NCBI RefSeq assembly: GCF_028283785.1
Contig: NZ_JAPWKB010000003.1
Span: forward strand, 111,211 to 175,210
DNA from: Paraburkholderia sp.
GTDB lineage: Bacteria; Pseudomonadota; Gammaproteobacteria; Burkholderiales; Burkholderiaceae
Direction: 5' to 3'
DNA: 64,000 bases
This document shows, one piece after another, positions 40,635 through 48,086 of this stretch. The position numbers were made by a program, and so were the translations under genes. Positions within the stretch are counted from its first letter, which is position 1. Each line of letters begins with the position of its first letter. Below the pieces are notes generated by a model. The model worked only from the letters and a program-made list of their open reading frames with translations. It had not been told where the DNA came from and ran no database searches.

Positions 40635-41011
40635 GATTCCTCTGTGTGATTAGGCGGCATCAGCGCGGGCGGCGCACCGACAATCAGTTCAACAATTCCG
40701 GCTACTGCCGCGGTGGCCTGGCACGCGGCGCATGCATAGGTATGACCCTCGAGGTACAGCGTTGCGCCGCGTGCAGCGTTATCAGCGAGTCGCACCGCAT
40801 TCACCTCGGCATGCGCGGTCTGGTGACACACGGACCGGCACAACTCGTAACCGACGCCGGTTTGCATGTCGGCCCGCGGACAGCTCGTCTGCGGCGTCAT
40901 GCAGTGATTCGTCGCGACGTATCGATCGCCGTTCTGTGCAACGACCGTCGCAGTTACCGTTTGCTTCACGCATGGGCCCGAGCCTTTTGGCGAGAGTCGA
41001 ATGGTTTTCAC
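40631..41011 (-). CDS. CDA-fold zinc deaminase, dCMP-deaminase-like
   Basis: GTG 41011 (ggggag SD) overlaps the methylase stop (GTGA). HAEVNA zinc/catalytic motif and a downstream C-A-A-C (CxxC) zinc pair, with a Cys-rich insert as in dCMP deaminases. Confidence 0.7.
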   Translation of the reverse strand: MKTIRLSPKGSGPCVKQTVTATVVAQNGDRYVATNHCMTPQTSCPRADMQTGVGYELCRSVCHQTAHAEVNAVRLADNAARGATLYLEGHTYACAACQATAAVAGIVELIVGAPPALMPPNHTEES

Positions 41012-42342
41012 AGGCTCCCCATATGCGATTCCACGAGTTCGATGCGGCGGCCGATCCACGCCATCACCGGAACCGCCATGCTGTTGCCGAGCGCCTTGTA
41101 GCGCGGCCCGTCAGCCGCCGGCTTGCCGCGAACGGTGACGCGCGTGTAGTCATCGGCAAAACCTTGAAGGCGTTCACACTCGCGTGGCGTCAGACGTCGC
41201 ACCGCTGATCCGTGTGCCACACCGATCTCGCTTCCTTTTGCCATCGTCGGCGACGGAGAGCCGGGCTCTAAGCGCGAGCGGTTGTGCGGGCTGGTTATCT
41301 GCTTTAGATCGAGCGCGACCGCCAGATGACCACCGCCGTTTTGATGCGAATTCGAGTGCCCCATACTTCGCATCGTTGATGCGATCTCGCCGACACCGAA
41401 GCCGTTTTGGCCTGACGCCTTGCAGTCGAACGCAATCGCCTGGACCTCGGCGCGCGCTTCAAGCGTGTAGGCAATGTCAGATTGGACGCCAATGCCATCG
41501 GGGCCGCTGTCCGGGTTCTCGCGTGTCGCACCCGCCGGGATGGCATATGAAACCGGAACATATGTGTCGCTGTCAGCGCGGTGTGATGGCTGCGACTGTG
41601 CTCGCAACGGGTGGGCGACAAGCAGCGTTTCGGTTTCTGCGTCAATGCGCTGATTGCTGGTGGTCAGCGCGCGTGCCACACCGGGGATCAATCCGCCGTC
41701 ACACTCGAAATCGGTGCCGAGTCCGCCACCGCCTTTAGTGCGCGCGCTAAGGGTCGGGGCAACTCCTTTCCCCGTTTCGCGGCGCGGCGCAGGATGCCCG
41801 AGCAGGCTTTCGCGCTCAAAAAGTACTGCGGCGGCACGTCGCCAGTCTCCAAGATGTCCGACAACGAACACACGGCGGCGTCGCTGGGCCACTCCGAAGA
41901 ACTGAGCGTCAAGAACGCGGTAGGCGAACCCATACCCGAGCTCTGCCAGCCCTCCGAGGAGGGTTCCAAAATCCCGTCCGCCGTTTGATGACAGGACGCC
42001 GGGGACGTTTTCCCAAACCAGCCAGCGGGGAGCGAAGCGCTCAGCAATGGCAAGATAGGTGAGCATGAGGTTGCCACGCGGATCAGCCAGTCCCTTTCGG
42101 AGTCCAGCGACGCTGAAGCTTTGGCAGGGAGTTCCGCCGACGAGAAGATCGAGAGTTGCATCGGGCCAATCCTTGAATTTGGTCATGTCGCCCAGGTTCG
42201 GGACGCTCGCATGGTGATGCGCTAGGACGGCGCACGGGAACGGCTCGATCTCGCTGACGAACTGAGCGCGCCAGCCGAGCGGGTTCCACGCGCAGCTCGC
42301 CGCTTCGATGCCGCTGCAAACCGATCCGAATTTCAATTCCAT
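41008..42342 (-). CDS. DNA (cytosine-5)-methyltransferase
   Basis: Motif I FGSVCSGIE, motif IV GGTPCQSFS, motif VI ENVPG, motif VIII QRRRRVF. C-terminal ECERLQGF and GNSMAVPV motifs. Confidence 0.95.
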   Translation of the reverse strand: MELKFGSVCSGIEAASCAWNPLGWRAQFVSEIEPFPCAVLAHHHASVPNLGDMTKFKDWPDATLDLLVGGTPCQSFSVAGLRKGLADPRGNLMLTYLAIAERFAPRWLVWENVPGVLSSNGGRDFGTLLGGLAELGYGFAYRVLDAQFFGVAQRRRRVFVVGHLGDWRRAAAVLFERESLLGHPAPRRETGKGVAPTLSARTKGGGGLGTDFECDGGLIPGVARALTTSNQRIDAETETLLVAHPLRAQSQPSHRADSDTYVPVSYAIPAGATRENPDSGPDGIGVQSDIAYTLEARAEVQAIAFDCKASGQNGFGVGEIASTMRSMGHSNSHQNGGGHLAVALDLKQITSPHNRSRLEPGSPSPTMAKGSEIGVAHGSAVRRLTPRECERLQGFADDYTRVTVRGKPAADGPRYKALGNSMAVPVMAWIGRRIELVESHMGSL

Positions 42343-42358
42343 GTTTGATCTCGTGCCG

Positions 42359-43303
42359 TCACGCGGCGGTGTTGTTCAAAACAGCAAGCACGCGTTCTCG
42401 TACTGCCTTCGCGGTCGTCTGCGACCTCCGGATGAAAACGCGGATGTCATTGATCGTCGGTTTCAGCGTCCCAGCGCGAACAGCGGCCAGCACGTCGGTC
42501 ACATAGGCGTCGGTAGGGTCAGTCGTGGTATCGACCGCGACTGCATCGCTACTGACCGGCGCTACTAGCACGACCGGGCACGCCTGACTGATGGGCGCGA
42601 CTGGCGTTACCGCCTTTACTGGCGCGGGTTCCGGGCGAACCGCGAGCAGCCAGCAGAAGCACGCGACTCCTTCCAGTACTGCCGCGAAAGCCAGTCCCGC
42701 GACTAGATCAACGTGACTTGCGGTAACGCCGAAAGCGGTCAGCATTCCCGCAACCGGGTCGGCTTTCGCTGCGGCGCGCGCGGCGTCGGCGCGGTCTGCT
42801 GCCAGTTCGCGGCGCGTGACTTCGTCCCGCTCGGCGTCGAGCGCATCGCGTTTTGCGGTCAGGCTGACTGACTCGATCCGTACCGGCGCGCACCGGTCGC
42901 GACAGTCACGCTCGGCGAGCCGGGCCAGTCGCGCCACGACCGGCGCACGGTAGGCGGCGATCTCGGCCAGGTTGCGGCGCGGCGCGTCGACGGTCGGCAC
43001 TGCTGCGGCGCGGACGTCACCGGCGTGCTGCTGGGCGAACATGAAAAACACCGCATGTCCGTAGCAGGTGGCCGCCATACAGCCGATCCAGAGCACGGCG
43101 CCGAGCATCCGAATCCGCGCTCCGAAGGGGCGAACCAGAGCAGGGAGCAGGTGAGCGGCGATGACCAGCACGACGCCGACGGAGATCATCAGCACGCGCT
43201 CGGTAACGAACCCGCCACGCTGCCAGCCAGCCATTACCGACAGACTGGCGGCAGTCACGGTCGCCGCGACTGCGAGTAACGCCGGTTGCGTTCTCATTGG
43301 CAT
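42359..43303 (-). CDS. hypothetical membrane protein with central coiled-coil
   Basis: 314 aa. Four N-terminal TM helices, then a charged helix (RDALDAERDEVTRRELAADRADAARAAAK), then another TM. Confidence 0.55.
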   Translation of the reverse strand: MPMRTQPALLAVAATVTAASLSVMAGWQRGGFVTERVLMISVGVVLVIAAHLLPALVRPFGARIRMLGAVLWIGCMAATCYGHAVFFMFAQQHAGDVRAAAVPTVDAPRRNLAEIAAYRAPVVARLARLAERDCRDRCAPVRIESVSLTAKRDALDAERDEVTRRELAADRADAARAAAKADPVAGMLTAFGVTASHVDLVAGLAFAAVLEGVACFCWLLAVRPEPAPVKAVTPVAPISQACPVVLVAPVSSDAVAVDTTTDPTDAYVTDVLAAVRAGTLKPTINDIRVFIRRSQTTAKAVRERVLAVLNNTAA

Positions 43304-43662
43304 AGCTGTCTCGACGCAACGGCAGCCCGCTTGATTTTGATCTGACGGCGGTAGGCTCCGAATAAGAGGCCTGGCCCTTCGTGCGCCCAGTGCCGGGCCG
43401 CTTCGATCGCGTCACCAACCATCGTGTCGTGGTACCAGCAGAAACACGGGATATGAGCCTTCACGAACTCGCGCAGATCGAGGCAATTGGCGCACGTCTT
43501 GTACGTTTCGACGCTGTCCGCGATGCCCACGACGTGCTCATATCGGTCACGAGGCTGAATGCGGGCATGGCACTCGTGGCACACATGCACCTTGCGGGCG
43601 GTGCGCATCGTCGCCGAATAGACTTTCCACGGCTCGTCGAAATCGCAATAACAGTCGCTCAC
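43294..43662 (-). CDS. Cys/His-rich hypothetical phage protein
   Basis: GTG 43662 with GGAG 6 nt upstream. Contains CHECH ... CANC ... CFC motifs. Confidence 0.5.
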   Translation of the reverse strand: MSDCYCDFDEPWKVYSATMRTARKVHVCHECHARIQPRDRYEHVVGIADSVETYKTCANCLDLREFVKAHIPCFCWYHDTMVGDAIEAARHWAHEGPGLLFGAYRRQIKIKRAAVASRQLCQ

Positions 43663-43751
43663 TTTTTTCTCCGTGCATGTAAAACACCCAGACCCACACC
43701 CACTGCGACCGCTCCCAATATGGAGAGAGCGAGCCATTCGATACCGGTCAT
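43659..43751 (-). CDS. 30-aa single-pass membrane peptide
   Basis: MTGIEWLALSILGAVAVGVGLGVLHARRKK. The ATG overlaps the HNH stop (ATGA) and the stop overlaps the next GTG start (GTGA). Confidence 0.4.
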   Translation of the reverse strand: MTGIEWLALSILGAVAVGVGLGVLHARRKK

Positions 43752-44326
43752 TCAGGTGACTCGGTTGAACTCGCGTCCGTCGAAACCGGCGACGGCCGGT
43801 ACGACTTTCCGTAAATCACGCTCTCGATCGTGCTAACGCTCACATCGAAGCGCTTCGCCAGAGCTTTCACTGGCTCTCCGAACCTCCGGGCGCGCCTGAT
43901 GGCAGCAGCGTGTCCGGGCTTGAGCTTCGCGCTGTGGTGGTTGCTTCCACCGAGATAGGTTCCGTGGCGTTGCCGGTCCTGCGCGTTGTCCAAAGCCGTC
44001 CCGTGCGCCAGATTCGTGTACCGGTTATCGGATGGCACTCCATTCAAGTGCCGAACTTGCGTTCCGTTTGGCGCTGGTCCGTGGAACGCATCGGCTACCA
44101 ACTGATGAACTCCGATGGGTCGCGATTTACCTGACGGCTGTACAACGCTGACGGTCAGATAACCCTTGGCGGTGCGCGTCCGTGCCAGCTCATAGCAATG
44201 AGTCCGATCAATACAGGTCACAGATCCACCCACGGCACCAAGGGTTCGCACCCCGCGACGGCGGTGCGAAATGATCCGGCCGTCTTCGGTTGCCGAGTAA
44301 CCGCGGAAGGAGGGGCACGGTCTCAT
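43748..44326 (-). CDS. NUMOD4/HNH homing-type endonuclease
   Basis: N-terminal GYSATEDGRIIS (NUMOD4-like), HNH_3 core (VRHLNGVPSDNRYTNLAHGTALDN) and a C-terminal HTH-like tail. Confidence 0.85.
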   Translation of the reverse strand: MRPCPSFRGYSATEDGRIISHRRRGVRTLGAVGGSVTCIDRTHCYELARTRTAKGYLTVSVVQPSGKSRPIGVHQLVADAFHGPAPNGTQVRHLNGVPSDNRYTNLAHGTALDNAQDRQRHGTYLGGSNHHSAKLKPGHAAAIRRARRFGEPVKALAKRFDVSVSTIESVIYGKSYRPSPVSTDASSTESPE

Positions 44327-45084
44327 CGCATCACCCGATCAAACGAAACGCACCATACCCATGGGTTTTTCGCCCAGGCGCCGTCGCCGTTGATGCCGTC
44401 CCAGAGGCAATGGAACAGGCCACGCGCATCAAGCGTTTCATCGGCGTCTGGCACGCTGCGCAGGAAGTTGACGCCCTCTGACTCGGCATCTGCTTCGCTG
44501 ATGTCGTGCAAACGCTCAACGCGCACACCTGTGACTTCGAGCGTGATGCGCGATGCGGCGCGCGGCATGTGGATGCTGGGAGTCCAGCGAACTGGCTGGC
44601 TGTCGCCTACGTGATGCCATTGCACATTAGGCATCTCGCCATCCGCCAAATAGACGTAGCGGCTCTTCCAATCGGGGCGCGCGGGCGATCCGGCGGTGCC
44701 GAGCGGCCCCGTCGTGCGTCCTGCGGGGATGTCGACCTCAAACACTTGGGCGTGCGTCTCGCGCACCCACAGACGATCGCCAATCTTCCCGAACGGGCTC
44801 GGCGTCCAGTACCAGTCGCCCGCCATTGGATGCTTTGCCGGCAAGATAGGCCATCTCCGCAGCGACTTGAGCGGTTGGCCGGGCCGAAGTTCCTCGGACC
44901 AGAAAAACGATCCGACTGGTCTCGGCGCGTTGTCTTGTGATAGCGAATGACCTTCCGATGCGAACGTCGCCCATGCCGGCGGCAATTCGTTTCGCACCTT
45001 CACGATACGTCGCGTCTGCGTCTTGCTGCCGTCGAGCAGAGCGCGCACCATCGGGCCGCTGAAGAGGATCGGACGTTCTTTCAT
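44323..45084 (-). CDS. conserved phage protein of unknown function (possibly ASCH/PUA-like)
   Basis: 253 aa. The ILFSGPMVRALLDGSKTQTRR N-terminus and IHMPRAASRITLEVTGVRVERL core recur in prophages. The fold guess is weak. Confidence 0.6.
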   Translation of the reverse strand: MKERPILFSGPMVRALLDGSKTQTRRIVKVRNELPPAWATFASEGHSLSQDNAPRPVGSFFWSEELRPGQPLKSLRRWPILPAKHPMAGDWYWTPSPFGKIGDRLWVRETHAQVFEVDIPAGRTTGPLGTAGSPARPDWKSRYVYLADGEMPNVQWHHVGDSQPVRWTPSIHMPRAASRITLEVTGVRVERLHDISEADAESEGVNFLRSVPDADETLDARGLFHCLWDGINGDGAWAKNPWVWCVSFDRVMR

Positions 45085-45174
45085 GCTCTACCCCGATAGG
45101 TTTTGGTAAGCGAGTGATTGACTGCATGACCACGCCTGCGCGCGGCGTTCGCCAGTTGTGCGCGATCGTGGTGG

Positions 45175-45693
45175 CTAAAGCGCGGGATTCGTGTCGAGCA
45201 AGTGCGACCACAACTTGCCGATCACGATGTAGTAAATGAGAGTCCCGGTAACGCCAAACTCGCGCGCCAAAGCGTCGGCGCCGTTGCGCCGGTCATAGCG
45301 TTTGAAACGTCGGCGAATTTCGAAAACCTGCGCTTCAGTCAGCTTCGCCTGATGATGTTTCTCGCCGCGGAGCTGAGTACCGTGTTCGATCTTGTCGAAC
45401 TCATTTTCGGTCGCTGTGCCGTACACAAGATTCGTATGTCGGTTATCGGCATTGATGCCGTTTCGATGACGGACTACCATGCCGTCTGGACGAGGGCCAA
45501 TGAATGCTGCTGCCACTAAGCGCTGCAAGGCACGTTTGGTGGGTTTCTGACGCGACCAAAGAGTCACGCTCAAATAGCCCTTGCGATCAGCGCGAGGCTT
45601 TTTGATGGACGCACCCCTTCGCACCCTTCCAAAACTACTAACCTCGTATTGAGGAAACTCTGCAATCACTCGCCATTCTTCAGCGCAGAGCAT
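45175..45693 (-). CDS. NUMOD4/HNH homing-type endonuclease (second copy)
   Basis: ATG 45693. EEWRVIAEFPQYEVSSFGRVRR (NUMOD4) and VRHRNGINADNRHTNLVYGTATEN (HNH_3). Confidence 0.85.
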   Translation of the reverse strand: MLCAEEWRVIAEFPQYEVSSFGRVRRGASIKKPRADRKGYLSVTLWSRQKPTKRALQRLVAAAFIGPRPDGMVVRHRNGINADNRHTNLVYGTATENEFDKIEHGTQLRGEKHHQAKLTEAQVFEIRRRFKRYDRRNGADALAREFGVTGTLIYYIVIGKLWSHLLDTNPAL

Positions 45694-45701
45694 GTCGGCC
45701 C

Positions 45702-46070
45702 TTAAATATGAGGCTGATGGGTTCTTCGGACGGCGCGAGCGCGAAACTCGGTGTCCTTGCGGTAGTAGTCCTGGTAGCCGTTGATGAAGACCTGAAACCA
45801 GGCCCAACCGCTCTCGCGGTGGTGCGTCTCGTTGCTCCAGTAATAGTCGCCCTTGAACTGATCTCGGAAACCGTCCCACAACATCACCTGCTCGATACGG
45901 TTCGGCAGATCACCGCCGATGCTCTTGGCCCATTCGAGTTGTTTCTCGAATGTGGCGTCGTCGTTGTCGCCCGGCAGCAGCACGACATGGTGGAAGTCGC
46001 CGTTCTTGTCGCCGATCGCACCGATGTAGATCTCACCTTCGGCGAGCGGGGGAAGCTGAAGCTGTTGCAT
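45702..46070 (-). CDS. DUF1566-like (Lcl C-terminal domain) protein
   Basis: GDLPNRIEQVMLW ... YYWSNE ... AWFQVFINGYQ ... RARAVRR matches the remembered DUF1566 pattern. Confidence 0.65.
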   Translation of the reverse strand: MQQLQLPPLAEGEIYIGAIGDKNGDFHHVVLLPGDNDDATFEKQLEWAKSIGGDLPNRIEQVMLWDGFRDQFKGDYYWSNETHHRESGWAWFQVFINGYQDYYRKDTEFRARAVRRTHQPHI

Positions 46071-46101
46071 TGATTGACTCCGTTTTGTGAAGGAACTGCG
46101 C

Positions 46102-46272
46102 TTAATCGCCAGCGCGCGGATAGGGCGCGCTAGAACTCTCCCCTCTCGCCATCCAGCCTTCGAAGCGCCAGCGCGTTTGCAGCCAGAGATATGTCCCGTC
46201 CGGTAACCGGTCGAGCGGCAATGCTTCGCTCCGTGCGTAGTGCTCGAAGGATTCGATGGGGTCGGGGGTCAT
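46102..46272 (-). CDS. possible 56-aa hypothetical protein
   Basis: Hand-translated as MTPDPIESFEHYARSEALPLDRLPDGTYLWLQTRWRFEGWMARGESSSAPYPRAGD. No convincing SD. Confidence 0.25.
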   Translation of the reverse strand: MTPDPIESFEHYARSEALPLDRLPDGTYLWLQTRWRFEGWMARGESSSAPYPRAGD

Positions 46273-46346
46273 CTGAGGAATAAAAAGAAGGGCTAGCTTC
46301 AGCCCTTGAAAGCAGACGCCGCCTTGGGCGTCCGCCTGAGAGTTGG

Positions 46347-46991
46347 TTAGGCGGCGACTACCTGAATCGGTACGTGCTTGCTGGGCTTACCGCATCCGAC
46401 GCTGGGTCTTGCCTGATCCGGATGACTTCGCATCCAGTCCTGGACCTTCCCGCACCAATCGAACAACTCTTCGTTGCTCATGACGTTTTTCATGATGTTG
46501 ACCTTCTTATGGACCCACTGAACATTGTTCTCGGTGTATCCAAAGCGACTGTCTTTTCGGTCAAGCGAGGCTGTCTGTGTCCCGCGCTGATCTCTGATAT
46601 TCGTGCTGAACTTGATCGGCTCTCCTGTTAGTGCACATAGGCCGCCTTGATCTAGATAAAGCTGCCAAGCAAATTCGCGTGTAACTTCGAAAGGGATTCC
46701 GCGGCGCACGGCTTGCCGAGTGATTGGAGTCCAGAAAGACAGCGTGATTTCTGCCACGGCATCCCGATTGTGTGCATTGCCCTTGTTGAAGCATCCGCAG
46801 GATTTGGTGTCGCCGTTTTGGAGGTATTTCCCGAGAACCGCGACGGTTTCTCCGCAGTCGCAATGGCATTCCCATATCGGGCGTCTTGATTTCCGCCGCC
46901 GCGTGTCAACTAGAACAAGCAGCTTGCCGAATTTCCGACCGCGCAAGTCGATGAGATTGTGGCCACCTCGATTCGTATGGCGATCAGTCAT
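46347..46991 (-). CDS. HNH-type endonuclease with one FGKL...CxCxCG...SCGC zinc-ribbon module
   Basis: ATG 46991 overlaps the radical-SAM stop (ATGACTGA). Contains GRKFGKLLVL...WECHCDCGETVAV...TKSCGC and ASLDRKDSRFGYTENNVQWVHKKVNIMK. Confidence 0.75.
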   Translation of the reverse strand: MTDRHTNRGGHNLIDLRGRKFGKLLVLVDTRRRKSRRPIWECHCDCGETVAVLGKYLQNGDTKSCGCFNKGNAHNRDAVAEITLSFWTPITRQAVRRGIPFEVTREFAWQLYLDQGGLCALTGEPIKFSTNIRDQRGTQTASLDRKDSRFGYTENNVQWVHKKVNIMKNVMSNEELFDWCGKVQDWMRSHPDQARPSVGCGKPSKHVPIQVVAA

Positions 46992-47940
46992 GCGCGCACT
47001 CCACGCGGATAGGGGTATGCACCTTCGGTTTCCCAAACCCGATGCTTTTGATCGTCTTGTCTGGGTTGCTTCGCATCCACTCTTGGGTCATCCACAATTG
47101 TCCGCATCCGCCGCCGATGGTGTCTTGCCCAGCTGGGTCAAACATCCTGGTGTCGTAGCCGCGCTCAACCAGTTTCGACGCGAAATCAGATGCCAGTCCG
47201 CGTTGATGGTCGTTCGATGTCGGAAGCCACTCCTGGCGCTCGCAGATCACACTGACCGTAGCGCACCAGATGATCGGATCAAAGAGAGCCAGAATCCTGT
47301 CTGCGTCGGCAGGCGTCGAATTGGCATCGTGAGCGCAGTAGTTGAAGAATGGCTTCCGGCCGGTATTGACGAACCATGCCGTGCCAGTCGATGCGATTTC
47401 CTCCAGCGTCAACTTCGCCTTGAACGGAATCAACTCGTTACGCGCTTCGTCCGTCGATTCGTGGACGGAGAATTGCAGACCAACGGTCGGCACATCCACG
47501 CTCAAATTGATGACTTGGCCGTAATCGACGCGCGGTGCCGATGTGGAGATCAGCAACGCGGCGTTCGGATAACGGCGGTGCAATTCGCGGATCGCCGGAT
47601 CGAGCGCCTTCATGTTCAGCATCGGTTCTCCCATGCTCATGAACATGATTTGCAGGCGCCCCATCGTTGCGGGGTCGACTCCGGTATCCTCGATGCATCG
47701 CACGGGCTGCGACACGATCTCTTCCGTGGTCAGCGATCGCACGAAATAATCGCCGGAACCACAGAACCGACATCCGATCGGACATCCTGATTGCGTCGAA
47801 CAGCAGATAACGGTTCGGGTTTGGTAATCAGGGTATCTGTACAGAACCGCCTCAACCACTGCGTCGTCGTGCGAGAATACGTACTTGGAAACGCTGGACG
47901 CGTCATCGCTCACGACCTTCACGTCGCTCCATTCGCTCAT
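46984..47940 (-). CDS. RlmN/Cfr-class radical SAM methyl synthase
   Basis: ATG 47940. CCSTQSGCPIGCRFCGSG (CxxxCxxC plus the upstream mechanistic Cys), MGEPMLN, LISTS, SVHES...R..L.P, and the C-terminal GGGCGQL second mechanistic Cys. Collinear with E. coli RlmN motifs as remembered. Confidence 0.85.
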   Translation of the reverse strand: MSEWSDVKVVSDDASSVSKYVFSHDDAVVEAVLYRYPDYQTRTVICCSTQSGCPIGCRFCGSGDYFVRSLTTEEIVSQPVRCIEDTGVDPATMGRLQIMFMSMGEPMLNMKALDPAIRELHRRYPNAALLISTSAPRVDYGQVINLSVDVPTVGLQFSVHESTDEARNELIPFKAKLTLEEIASTGTAWFVNTGRKPFFNYCAHDANSTPADADRILALFDPIIWCATVSVICERQEWLPTSNDHQRGLASDFASKLVERGYDTRMFDPAGQDTIGGGCGQLWMTQEWMRSNPDKTIKSIGFGKPKVHTPIRVECAHD

Positions 47941-48086
47941 TGTGGGGATCCAGAAAAAGACCGGCCCATACAGGCGCCGGCTAAACAGACGCCATGCGAG
48001 ACCAATCACATGGATTCCGGGGGGCCACTACACCGGCTTACCGGGAAACGCCGTAGCCAATCCGTGCGGTGTTGAGGCGGTAATGG

